Shown here in pieces: positions 39,930-49,011 of a stretch of 64,000 bases of DNA. The position numbers and the translations under genes were made by a program. The stretch comes from an uncultured delta proteobacterium (lineage in GTDB: Bacteria; Desulfobacterota; Binatia; DP-6): assembly GCA_963815115.1 (NCBI GenBank), contig CAWFFN010000007.1:608001-672000 (forward strand), given 5' to 3'. The notes beneath the pieces are model-generated. The model did not search any database, was not told where the DNA came from, and worked only from the letters and a program-made list of their open reading frames with translations. Every line of letters begins with the position of its first letter. Positions within the stretch are counted from its first letter, which is position 1.

Positions 39930-40290
39930 CCGCGGCGATCCGCGCCACGCCGAGGCCCGGCGGTTCTTCGGACGCAAGGCGTCCGGGCTGCTCACCCACG
40001 CGGGTGTGCTGGCCGAGGCGGTGACCTTCGTCCGCTACCGTTTCGGCCATGCGCCGGCTCGGCGGCTCGGCGACCACGTCCGGACCGGGCGAGCACTCAC
40101 CCTGCTCCCGATCGAGCTGAGCGATGATCTCGACGGATGGCGCTGGTTCCTGCGCTACCGCGACCAGCGATTCAGCCTCGTCGATTGCTGGAGCTTCGCC
40201 GTGATGACGCGCCTGGGCATCCGCGACGTCGCCACCTTCGACGACGACTTTGCCATCGCGGGGTTCACTCCGGTGTTCGCCAGCGGCTGA
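39871..40290 (+). CDS. vapC: PIN domain toxin (VapC family)
   Basis: VFVDSG, VLAE, FSLVDC.SF and ATFDDDF acidic PIN residues. Overlaps the antitoxin. Confidence 0.88.
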   Translation: MAWPDGRVFVDSGPLIALADRGDPRHAEARRFFGRKASGLLTHAGVLAEAVTFVRYRFGHAPARRLGDHVRTGRALTLLPIELSDDLDGWRWFLRYRDQRFSLVDCWSFAVMTRLGIRDVATFDDDFAIAGFTPVFASG

Positions 40291-40371
40291 CGGCGTCGCG
40301 TCCAGCGACGATGTGATGCGCGCGGTGACGGTCGCGGCCGGCGCCCCGGCCGTCACTCCCACCTTCCTTCT

Positions 40372-41223
40372 TCACCCGCGGTGGAGGCGGAACTCGCCCC
40401 GGGCCACCACGACAGCGGCGCCCCCCACCTCGATGATCGGGGAAGCGGCGTCCCCGCGCACGCGCGCGTGCAGCAGTGACGGGCGCTTCATCTCCGCACC
40501 CTGCTCGATGCGGATCGTCGTGCCGAACGGCACCCGGCCGTGGCGGGCGAGGTGCAGGGCGAGGGGGCCGGCGGCGGAGCCGGTGGCGGGATCCTCGGGG
40601 ACGCCGCTCGCCGGCGCGAACATGCGCGTCTTCCAGTGCTCGCCCGCACCGGAGAAGACGTTGGTCCCTCCCGCGGGGAGCACCTCCAGCCGCCCCATGT
40701 CGGGCCGGACCGCAGCGACCGCATCGCGAGACGGCAGCGCCACGAAGACGTGCGTCATGCCGTTGTCGTAGATCTCGACCGGGAGCTCCGAGCGTTCGAC
40801 GCCGAGGGCTGCCAGCAGCTCCGCCGTGCGCGCGAACGGCGCCACCGTCGGCGCCGGTTGCGTCATCCAGCCGAAGACGACCCGCGGCCCCTCCCGCTCC
40901 AGACGCACTGGCACCACACCCGCACCCGTCTCGAGCCGGATCTCGGCGAGCTGCGTCGACTCCCCGACCACGAACGCGGTGCCCAGCGTCGGGTGCCCGG
41001 CAAACGGCAGCTCGCGCTCGGGGGTGAAGATACGTACGCGCAGGTGGCCGCCCGCCTCGGCCGGCAGCACGAAGGTGCTCTCCGAGAAGCGCATCTCGCG
41101 CGCCAGCGCCTGCATCAGCTCGGCGTCCAGCCCGCGGGCGTCCGTGAAGACGGCGAGCTGGTTTCCGGTCAGCGCTCGGTCGGTGAAGACGTCGCACACG
41201 ACGTAGCGGATCGGGGGATGCAT
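40372..41223 (-). CDS. PhzF family isomerase/epimerase
   Basis: DVFT...GNQLAV, FSESTF, RIFTP.ELPFAGHP and EDPATGSA. Confidence 0.92.
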   Translation of the reverse strand: MHPPIRYVVCDVFTDRALTGNQLAVFTDARGLDAELMQALAREMRFSESTFVLPAEAGGHLRVRIFTPERELPFAGHPTLGTAFVVGESTQLAEIRLETGAGVVPVRLEREGPRVVFGWMTQPAPTVAPFARTAELLAALGVERSELPVEIYDNGMTHVFVALPSRDAVAAVRPDMGRLEVLPAGGTNVFSGAGEHWKTRMFAPASGVPEDPATGSAAGPLALHLARHGRVPFGTTIRIEQGAEMKRPSLLHARVRGDAASPIIEVGGAAVVVARGEFRLHRG

Positions 41224-41394
41224 GGCGTGCCGACTCTAGGCAGGCCACCGAGCGGATGCCAGCACGCCGGGTTGACGGGCACGGGCCGGCCACGATTCGA
41301 TCCCGACCTGGCCGCCCCGTGATCGGGCACGTATCCTGGCGGGCTGCTCGCCCGTCATCCAGGGTAGACCTTTCCGACGACTCGAGGAGGATCG

Positions 41395-42453
41395 ATGAGC
41401 GAGGTGCAGATTCCGGACACGCTGCGAGACGATCTGCGCACGGCCTGGCATCGCTACGTCGACATGCTCGTCCCGCTGCGGCCGGCGCTCCACGGCTACT
41501 GCCGTCGGCTCGCCGGGAACATCTGGGACGCCGAGGACCTGGCGCAGGACACCCTCCTGCGCGCGTTCGGGCACTGGGGCGTCACCTACCCGCCCATCCG
41601 CGATCCCCGCGCCTACCTGCTGCGCACGGCGACCAACGTGTGGATCGACACGCTTCGCCGGCGCGAGACGGAGGCGCGATCTCCAACACCGGGGGCGGAC
41701 GAGCTGCCGGCGCCCGGTGGAGATCCCGCGACCGCTCCCGACCTGCGCGAAGCGGGCTCGCGACTCCTCCAGCGACTCTCGCCCCAGGAGCGCGCCGCCC
41801 TCGTCCTGAAGGAGGTCTTCGACATGACGCTCGAGGAGATCGCCGAGGTACTCACGACGACGACGGGCGCCGTCAAGGCAGCGCTCCACCGCGGGCGCAG
41901 CCGTCTGCGCGAGCCCGAAGGCGCGGCGGCGTCGCGCCGTCCGGTGCCATCGCCCGAGCTGCTCGATCGTTTCATCGAGCGCTGCGAGGCGAAGGACGTT
42001 GCCGGCCTCGTCGCCCTGATGCTCGACGGCGCAATCGCGGAGAACGTCGGCAACTCGTTTCACCTCGGTGTCGACGACCCCTCCGAGGGCACTCCCCACT
42101 TCCTCCACAAGGTCGTGCACGGGCACGACGAGTGGCCGCCGCAGACGCGACCGGACGCGGAACGCCTCGAGCGCGGCGAGCTCGAGGGCGAGCCCATCCT
42201 GTTGCGGTTCGCGACCCGGTGGGGCAGCGAGGCGCTCGAGGTGGTGTTCCGGTTCGAGGAGCAGGACGGACGCGTCGCGCACCTGCGTGCCTACGGCTTC
42301 TGTCCGGAGACGATCCGGGCGGTCGGCGACGCGCTCGGGCTCGCCGTACGGACCGGGCTGTATCGCGCTCCGACGCCCGCGCCCGGTGCCACCTGGCCCG
42401 ACCCCGAGCCGCCTGCCAGGCCGGTTCCTGGAGGGCGAGGCTGGCGCTCCTAG
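41395..42453 (+). CDS. ECF sigma factor with C-terminal SnoaL-like extension
   Basis: Region 2 (LHGYCRRL.G...DAEDLAQD) and region 4 (QERAALVLKEVFD..LEEIA...GAVKAALHRGR), plus a ~150-aa extension. No adjacent anti-sigma. Confidence 0.88.
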   Translation: MSEVQIPDTLRDDLRTAWHRYVDMLVPLRPALHGYCRRLAGNIWDAEDLAQDTLLRAFGHWGVTYPPIRDPRAYLLRTATNVWIDTLRRRETEARSPTPGADELPAPGGDPATAPDLREAGSRLLQRLSPQERAALVLKEVFDMTLEEIAEVLTTTTGAVKAALHRGRSRLREPEGAAASRRPVPSPELLDRFIERCEAKDVAGLVALMLDGAIAENVGNSFHLGVDDPSEGTPHFLHKVVHGHDEWPPQTRPDAERLERGELEGEPILLRFATRWGSEALEVVFRFEEQDGRVAHLRAYGFCPETIRAVGDALGLAVRTGLYRAPTPAPGATWPDPEPPARPVPGGRGWRS

Positions 42454-45020
42454 TCCGGACTCTGCTGGCGGGCCTCGAGTCGGGCGGCGACGCGCGCCGG
42501 GACGTAGCCTGCCGCGGCGGCGATCAACGCCGCCCCCAGCACGCCGGCCGCCACCGACCATCCCGGGAGCACGAAGGGAATCCGCCAGCCGGTCAGCAGT
42601 CGCATCGTCACCACGACGAACTGGAAGCACAGCATGCCGCCCAGCGCGACACCGAGCAGCCCGCCGAGCGCTCCGAGGGCGCCGCATTCGAGCAGCACGG
42701 CGCGAGACAGATCCTGGCGGGACACGCCGATGGTCCGCAGCATCGCGATCTCCGTCGAGCGGTCGGCGACGGTCGCGAGCTGCGAGTTGATGACCCCGAT
42801 CACCCCGACCAGGAGCGCGACCAGCTCGAGTCCCCAGGTGGCGAGGAAGAAGCGCCGGATGACCACCTGCACCGCCTCGAGGAACTGTCGCGCCGTGATG
42901 GCGTAGTAGCCGGGACCGAGACGCTCCGCCACGGCGGCACGCACGGCGGACGCGGACGCGCCGGGCGCGAGCCAGATGCGGAAGAGGTTCGCCGAGCGGT
43001 CGTGCCACACCGTCGCCAGCTGCCGGTCGCTCACGGCGACCGCGCCGAGATCGAGCGAGCCCAGGTAGTCGACGAACGTGCCCTCGATGCGAAACGTCCG
43101 CGTGCCGTCCGGCGTCGGGAGCGTGACCCGGCCGCCGCGATGCAGGCCGAGGCGGAAGGCGAGGTTGTCGCTCACCAGCACCCCCGTCCCATCGAGGAGC
43201 GCGGGAGCGGCGGTGACGAGATCGCCCTCGACCATGTCGAGGCCGCCGTGCGCCAGCCGGTCGGCCACCGAGATGCCCTGGAGAAACACGGGGCGCTTCT
43301 CCAGCTCGAGCGGCAGGACACGGAACGGCTCGACGCTCGCCACACCCGGCACGCTCGCCAGCCGATCGCGCAGCTCCGGCGCCATTGCCGGCCCGGGGAG
43401 CAAGCGGAAGCGCGCACCGGCCCCGACGAAGAGATCGGCACCGAAGTGCTGCTCGATCCAGCCCGACCACGCCCCCTCGAAGCTCCGTACCAGCCCCGCG
43501 ATGCTGACCGAGAACCCGAACGCCGCCGCGATCGTCGCGATCGTGATGCCCGCACGCCCGGGACGGCGAGGCAGGTTGTCGCCGGCGAGCCGGACGGGAA
43601 GCGACTGCGAGCGCGCCAACAGACCCCGCAACCCCGCTCCGACCGCCGACACGATCGACGGTGCGAGCAGCGCGCCACCGCAATATGCGACCAGCTGCGA
43701 AGCCACGAAGATCCCGATCACCAGCCAGCCGAGTCGCGGATCGGCCAGCGCGACCAGCCAGGTCGAGGCAATCATCAGCAGGCCCGCCACCACCACACCG
43801 GGCCGCCGCTTCCTTTCCGTCTCCACCGCCGCCGGGCGCAGCGCCTCGACGATCGAGGTCGCGAAGGTCGTCCGGACCGCCAGCAACGCCGCCACCAGCG
43901 CGACGCCGACGCCGACCAGCGCGCCCGCCAGCAACCCGCGCAGCGAATGCGCCTGCCTGCCGACGTGCACCCGGAGCCAGATCTCCGACGCGGCGCTGCC
44001 GACCAGCCCGGACGCGAGCGTGCCGAGCAACCGTCCCCCGACGGCTCCGCCGAGCACGCCGAGCAGCGCCAGACCGGCGGTCTCGACGAGACAGAGACGC
44101 ACCAGCGTCGAGCGCTCGATGCCGACCGCGTTCAGGAGCGCGAACTGGCGGCGGCGCTGCTGCACGGAGAGCACGACCGCGTGGTACACGATGAACGCCC
44201 CGACGATGCTGGCGAGCGAGGCGGCTGCCAGCAGCATGCTCCGCAGCGTGAAGAGCAGCTTGTCGACCTGCGCACCGCGCGCCTCGGGCGGCGCCACCTC
44301 GATGCCGGGGCCGAGCGCCGTCGCGAGCCGGGTGCGCACGTCGTCGACGGCGGCGCCCGGCTCGAGCACGATGGCGATACGGTCGACGCCTCCCTCGCGG
44401 CCGAGCAGGTGCTGCGCCGCCGGCAGGTCCATCACGGCAATCGCTCCGTCGAACAGCCTCGCGGGCGGCACGTCCCCGAGCAGCCCACGGACGCGGAGAG
44501 CCACGGCGCCGCGTGGTGCCGCCAGCCGCAGCTCGCCGTCGAGGCCGACTCCGATGCGCGTGGCGAATGCGCGGCCGAGCATGACCGAGTCGAGCCGCGA
44601 GACGAACAGGAGCTCGTCGGGAATGTCGATCCGGTCTCTCGGCAGCTGCGCGCGCCAGACCGACGATCCGAGGAAGTCCATCCCGAGGACGTACAGGGTC
44701 TCGCTCGGACGGTCGGCGAGACCGACGAAGGCCTCCACCAGCCCGGCCGCCTCCCGGACGCCGCGCACCCTGCCCGCCACCGCCACCAGACCCTCGTCGA
44801 CCTGCCCCGCGGGGCTCGTGATCTCGAGCTCGCTCTCGCCCGCCACCGTGTCCACCATGTCGCGGAACGACGCGAGCACCGAGGAGCTGATGTCGGAGAC
44901 GGCGACGATGGTCCCCACGCCGAGCGCGACGCCGATCACCGTGAGGAGGGTGCGCACCCAGTGAGCGGCCCAGTGCGGCACGGTCACCTTGCGCAGCAGC
45001 TGGAACAGGAACGAGCTCAT
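42450..45020 (-). CDS. FtsX/MacB-like (type VII) ABC permease, internally duplicated
   Basis: RTLLTVIGVALGV, QRRRQFALLNAVG and DRSTEIAMLRTIG. Two periplasmic domains. ATGA overlap with the upstream gene. Confidence 0.9.
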   Translation of the reverse strand: MSSFLFQLLRKVTVPHWAAHWVRTLLTVIGVALGVGTIVAVSDISSSVLASFRDMVDTVAGESELEITSPAGQVDEGLVAVAGRVRGVREAAGLVEAFVGLADRPSETLYVLGMDFLGSSVWRAQLPRDRIDIPDELLFVSRLDSVMLGRAFATRIGVGLDGELRLAAPRGAVALRVRGLLGDVPPARLFDGAIAVMDLPAAQHLLGREGGVDRIAIVLEPGAAVDDVRTRLATALGPGIEVAPPEARGAQVDKLLFTLRSMLLAAASLASIVGAFIVYHAVVLSVQQRRRQFALLNAVGIERSTLVRLCLVETAGLALLGVLGGAVGGRLLGTLASGLVGSAASEIWLRVHVGRQAHSLRGLLAGALVGVGVALVAALLAVRTTFATSIVEALRPAAVETERKRRPGVVVAGLLMIASTWLVALADPRLGWLVIGIFVASQLVAYCGGALLAPSIVSAVGAGLRGLLARSQSLPVRLAGDNLPRRPGRAGITIATIAAAFGFSVSIAGLVRSFEGAWSGWIEQHFGADLFVGAGARFRLLPGPAMAPELRDRLASVPGVASVEPFRVLPLELEKRPVFLQGISVADRLAHGGLDMVEGDLVTAAPALLDGTGVLVSDNLAFRLGLHRGGRVTLPTPDGTRTFRIEGTFVDYLGSLDLGAVAVSDRQLATVWHDRSANLFRIWLAPGASASAVRAAVAERLGPGYYAITARQFLEAVQVVIRRFFLATWGLELVALLVGVIGVINSQLATVADRSTEIAMLRTIGVSRQDLSRAVLLECGALGALGGLLGVALGGMLCFQFVVVTMRLLTGWRIPFVLPGWSVAAGVLGAALIAAAAGYVPARVAARLEARQQSPD

Positions 45021-45709
45021 TCGCCGAAGCGTCGATCCTGCGCCGCGTACCACTCGAGCGCGTCACGGAACTCGGCCCGGGTCAGCTCCGCCCAGAGCGT
45101 GTCGAGGAAGCACAGCTCCGCGTAGGCGGTCTGCAGCGGGAGGAACCCGCTCAGCCGCCGCTGCCCTCCCGTCCGCAGCAGGAGGTCGATCGGCGGAATG
45201 TCCGCGGAGAGCAGGAAGCGCTCTGGCGCTCGTCCGACCGCTTCCTCTCCGTGACGTGGAACGGCCGCGGCGACGGCCGCGAGATCGTCACGACCCGAGT
45301 ACCCCTTGCCTACGTGAACCACGAGTGACGCCGCTGCCGGCTCCGTCTGCGTTCCATCGTGCCGGAGCCGCGGCTCCTCACATGCCATCCGCTCGTCCCC
45401 GTGGCCGAAGATCCGCAGCTCGACCCCGGGGATGGCACGTGATTCCGTGCAGAACCAGTCCACCGCGGCGCGGATCGCGCGCGCCTCCTCGTCAGGCCGG
45501 AGGGCCAGGTTGTCGGCGGACGACCCGAATCCCGACAGGTGCTCGATGCCGGCATCGAGGCACCAGCGGACGAACTCGAGCGCCATGCGCGCGCCCGCCA
45601 TGTACCCCTCCGCGGGCGGCAGCGCGTGCTTCCGCGCGTAGCGCCGGTTCCCGTCCGGGATCACGGCGATGTGCCTGGGGACAGCCGTCAGCGAGCGCGC
45701 CTCGGACAT
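45017..45709 (-). CDS. cis-prenyltransferase (UppS fold, closest in motifs to short-chain Z-isoprenyl diphosphate synthases)
   Basis: PRHIAVIPDGNRRYA, GY.AGA, S.DNL..R, DLLLRTGGQRRLSGFL.LQ.AYAEL.F...LW and RRFG at the C-terminus. Confidence 0.88.
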   Translation of the reverse strand: MSEARSLTAVPRHIAVIPDGNRRYARKHALPPAEGYMAGARMALEFVRWCLDAGIEHLSGFGSSADNLALRPDEEARAIRAAVDWFCTESRAIPGVELRIFGHGDERMACEEPRLRHDGTQTEPAAASLVVHVGKGYSGRDDLAAVAAAVPRHGEEAVGRAPERFLLSADIPPIDLLLRTGGQRRLSGFLPLQTAYAELCFLDTLWAELTRAEFRDALEWYAAQDRRFGE

Positions 45710-45721
45710 CCGGCAGACCGC

Positions 45722-46483
45722 CTACTCGCCCTGGCGAGGGGGGACCAGACGCAGCCGGCCGACGTCGGCAGATGCCGGCGTCGGCTCGGCGTTCTTCACG
45801 CCTTCGGCGAGTATGCCGTCGCGGATGACCAGCACCCGATCCATCGCCGCGGCCGCCAGGTACGAATGTGTCACCAGGACGATCGACAGACCGAAGCTCT
45901 CCGTCGCCCGGTGCAGCAGGCTCAGGATCTCGTCGCCCGCCGCGCTGTCGAGGTTTCCCGTCGGCTCGTCGGCGAGCAGGAGACGCGGCCGCATGGCGAG
46001 CGCGCGCGCAATCGCCACCCGCTGCTGCTCGCCGCCCGACAGCTCGCTCGGCCGGTGCTCCGCGCGATGCGCGAGACCGACCGCGGCCAGCATCCTGGCG
46101 GCGCGCTCGTCGACGTCGCGTCGCGGCAGGTGCTCGGCCATCAGCGGTAGCCCGACGTTGTCGCGCGCGGACATCGTCGGCAGCAGGTTGAAGAACTGGA
46201 ACACGAAGCCGATGTGACGCCGGCGGAACGCGGTCGCTTCGTCCGGACCCATGTCGCTCAGGCGCTGGCCGTCGACGAACACGTGGCCGGCCGTCGGACG
46301 GTCGAGCCCCGCGACGATGTTGAGCAGCGTCGTCTTGCCCGAGCCGCTCGGTCCCATGATCGCGACCGAGCCGCCTTCCTGTACACTGAACGAGACGTCG
46401 CTCAGCGCCCGAACCTCGCTGTCGCCGCGCCGGTAGGAACGCGAAACGGCCTGGATCTCCAGTACTGCGCGCGCCGTAGGCAT
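45722..46483 (-). CDS. ABC transporter ATP-binding protein (LolD/MacB-like)
   Basis: GPSGSGKT, GFVFQFFNL, LSGGEQQRV, LADEPTGNLD and VTH. Confidence 0.95.
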   Translation of the reverse strand: MPTARAVLEIQAVSRSYRRGDSEVRALSDVSFSVQEGGSVAIMGPSGSGKTTLLNIVAGLDRPTAGHVFVDGQRLSDMGPDEATAFRRRHIGFVFQFFNLLPTMSARDNVGLPLMAEHLPRRDVDERAARMLAAVGLAHRAEHRPSELSGGEQQRVAIARALAMRPRLLLADEPTGNLDSAAGDEILSLLHRATESFGLSIVLVTHSYLAAAAMDRVLVIRDGILAEGVKNAEPTPASADVGRLRLVPPRQGE

Positions 46484-46577
46484 CAGCTGCGGCCGCGTCG
46501 CTCCGGGCGCGTCCGCACGTCGCGTGTAGTATGCCCCGCGCTACAGCGTCAAGCGCCGGCGCGTCAGGGCGGGTCGC

Positions 46578-47207
46578 TCAGGGCGTGGCCCGGTGCACCG
46601 TCTCGCGTAACGCGCCGCGTGGTTCGATCGTCACCTCCCGTGCCGCCGGCTCCTCCGCGGTCGCGCCGCCGCTGCGCGTCGACCAGATCTTCAGGTCGTT
46701 CCGCAGGTCCTCGAGGAAGGCCAGATCCGCCGCCAGATGCCTCAGTTGCCGGGACAGCAAGACACGTAGCGGTTCGTACCCCCCGCCCTGGTCCTCGCTG
46801 GCGGCGGCGTCGACGGCGACACGATGCTGGCGCGCCAGCTCCTGGCTGCGCACCCAGAGCTCCTCGTGCCAACGATCGAGCAGGCGCTCCCGATCGCGAA
46901 CCGGCACCCGACCGACGAAGAGCAGCCAACCGGCCAGGTCCCCGTCGCTCATGGGCGGCGAGAGGAGCCAGCGGTCGAAGCCGGTCCTGCCCTTCTCCGT
47001 GATGTGATAGGGGATGCGGCGCGTGTCGGCGTCGGGTGGATTGAGCCCCGTCTCCACGAGCCCGTGGGTCTGGAGCCGTCCCAGCTCGCGGTAAAAGTTG
47101 CCGGGACTCGCCGGGGCGCCGGAGTGAAGCCGGAATGCAGTCATCAGCTCGTAGCCGTGATGCATTTGGCCGTCACGTAAAAGCCCGAGAATGACGTGCC
47201 AGAGCAT
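46578..47207 (-). CDS. PadR family transcriptional regulator
   Basis: ILGLL...HGYEL, G.FY.EL.RL...GLV, R..Y.ITEKG and a helical C-terminus. ATG at 47207 after GAGGAGG. Confidence 0.85.
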   Translation of the reverse strand: MLWHVILGLLRDGQMHHGYELMTAFRLHSGAPASPGNFYRELGRLQTHGLVETGLNPPDADTRRIPYHITEKGRTGFDRWLLSPPMSDGDLAGWLLFVGRVPVRDRERLLDRWHEELWVRSQELARQHRVAVDAAASEDQGGGYEPLRVLLSRQLRHLAADLAFLEDLRNDLKIWSTRSGGATAEEPAAREVTIEPRGALRETVHRATP

Positions 47208-47265
47208 GGTCCCCCTCCTCACTCGCCCATCGATTCCGCTGATCGATAGGAGGCACCTGTCCCCG

Positions 47266-47287
47266 ATGTCAAGATGAATCTTAACAT
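47266..47287. promoter_or_regulatory. Inverted-repeat operator overlapping a TTGACA -35 of the padR operon
   Basis: ATGTCAAGAT-GA-ATCTTAACAT (9/10 dyad). Minus strand TTGACA at 47272-47267, then 18 nt to TATCGA. Confidence 0.6.
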
Positions 47288-47309
47288 GTCCCCTCAAATC
47301 GTCTAGTCC

Positions 47310-47927
47310 ATGTGTGGCATCGATCTGCGGTGGCTACGACTGTCGGGCCTGGTCCTGGGGGTGTCCATCGCGCTCCCGGGATGCGGCACGATGCGCGCAG
47401 TCGACGCCCTGCGCCACGTCGACTTCGTGCTCGATCGAGTGACCGGGGTGCGGGTCGCCGGAATGCCGATCCAGGACGTTCGCTCACCGGACGACCTGAC
47501 GACGGCTCAGGGCGCCAGGCTGGCGGCCGCCGTCCTCGGCGGCGACCTGCCGGTGGATTGCGACGTCATCGTCCGGGCGACCAACCCGGCCTCGAACCCC
47601 GTCGCCGCCGACCTGCTCCGCATGAACTGGACGCTCCTCCTCGACGGCCGCAAGGCCGCCGCGGGCGTGCTCGATCGGCGCTACACCATCGCACCCGGCC
47701 AGGCGGTCGAGATTCCAGTGCACGTCGCGCTCGACTTCGGCGACCTGCTGCGCCACCACGGACCGAACCTCATGCGCCTGGCACTCGCGCTGGCCGGCGA
47801 GACCTCGAATCCGGTCGACGTGAGCCTCCGCGTCGTGCCGCTGGTCGACACCCCGTTCGGGACGATGCGGTTCCCCACGCCCATCACGATCGTGCGACGC
47901 ACGGTCGGAGCCGAGCGCTCTCGCTGA
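47310..47927 (+). CDS. LEA type 2/WHy domain lipoprotein
   Basis: ALPGC lipobox, V.ATNP, W.L.LDG and I.PG..VEIPV.V beta-sandwich pattern. Confidence 0.7.
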   Translation: MCGIDLRWLRLSGLVLGVSIALPGCGTMRAVDALRHVDFVLDRVTGVRVAGMPIQDVRSPDDLTTAQGARLAAAVLGGDLPVDCDVIVRATNPASNPVAADLLRMNWTLLLDGRKAAAGVLDRRYTIAPGQAVEIPVHVALDFGDLLRHHGPNLMRLALALAGETSNPVDVSLRVVPLVDTPFGTMRFPTPITIVRRTVGAERSR

Positions 47928-48036
47928 GCCTTCCGCGGCGTTCAGCACGCGCCGCCGCGCACGTGCCTCGTCGTCGTCGCGTGCTCGACGGATCGTTCCC
48001 ATGTGATATGCGGCTCGCAGGACCCGGGAACCCGAG

Positions 48037-49011
48037 GTGAACGTACCCGTCGCCCCAGGGCCGAACCCGCGGCCGCCGATCGTCGTCACCGACCACCTGA
48101 GCCGTCGATTCGGCGAGCTCGAGGCCGTCAGCGACCTGTCGCTGCAGGTCGAGCGCGGGCAGATCTTCGGCTTCCTCGGTCCCAACGGCGCCGGCAAGAC
48201 GACCACCATCAAGATGCTCTGCGGTCTCCTCCCGCCGACGAGCGGGCAAGCGTCGGTCGCCGGCCACGACATCGAGCGCGAGCGCGACCGGATCAAGCGG
48301 GAGACCGGCTACATGGCCCAGACGTTCTCGCTCTACCCGGACCTCACCGTGGAGGAGAACTTCCGCTTCTTCGGCGGCGCCTACGGAGTCTACGGCCAGG
48401 CCGCCACTCGCCGGATGGAGACGCTCTTCGCCCAGGTCGAGCTCGAGGACCTCCGCAGGGTGCAGGCCGGGCGCCTGTCCGGCGGCATGAAGCAGCGGCT
48501 CGCCCTCGCCTGTGCCCTGGTGCACGAGCCGGAGCTGGTCTTCCTCGACGAGCCCACCGCGGGCGTCGATCCCGCCAACCGCCAGCGCCTGTGGGACTTC
48601 CTCTACGCGCTGTGCGAGGGCGGGACGTCGCTCTTCATCACCACGCACTACCTCGACGAGGCCGAACGCTGCCATGCCGTCGGCTTCATGCTCGAGGGCC
48701 GGCTGATCGGCCACGGCGAGCCCCGCGTCCTGCGCGAGCAGCTGCGTGATCGGCTCGTCGGGGTCGAGGTGTGGCGAGCGGTCGACGCGATGCGCGCGCT
48801 GCGCATGCTCCCCGGAGTGGAGGACGTCACCATCCACGGGCGCGAGCTGCGCGTCCGCTTCGATCGCCGGGTCGACTGGCGTGCCATGGAAGGCCCGTTG
48901 CGCGAGACGGCGGTGCGGGCGGGAGTGCCGCTCGACCAGGTATACCCGCTCGATCCCACCCTCGAGGACCTGTTCCTGAGCTACGAGCGCCAGCACTCCG
49001 GGCGGGCATGA
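48037..49011 (+). CDS. ABC-2 type exporter ATP-binding protein
   Basis: GPNGAGKTT, LSGGMKQRL, FLDEPTAGVDP, TTHY and PTLEDLF. Confidence 0.95.
   Translation: MNVPVAPGPNPRPPIVVTDHLSRRFGELEAVSDLSLQVERGQIFGFLGPNGAGKTTTIKMLCGLLPPTSGQASVAGHDIERERDRIKRETGYMAQTFSLYPDLTVEENFRFFGGAYGVYGQAATRRMETLFAQVELEDLRRVQAGRLSGGMKQRLALACALVHEPELVFLDEPTAGVDPANRQRLWDFLYALCEGGTSLFITTHYLDEAERCHAVGFMLEGRLIGHGEPRVLREQLRDRLVGVEVWRAVDAMRALRMLPGVEDVTIHGRELRVRFDRRVDWRAMEGPLRETAVRAGVPLDQVYPLDPTLEDLFLSYERQHSGRA

Noticed and set aside
41236-45125. 1276-aa and 1289-aa ORFs spanning the ECF and permease genes
   Set aside because: Out-of-frame GC-rich artefacts overlapping two well-supported genes.
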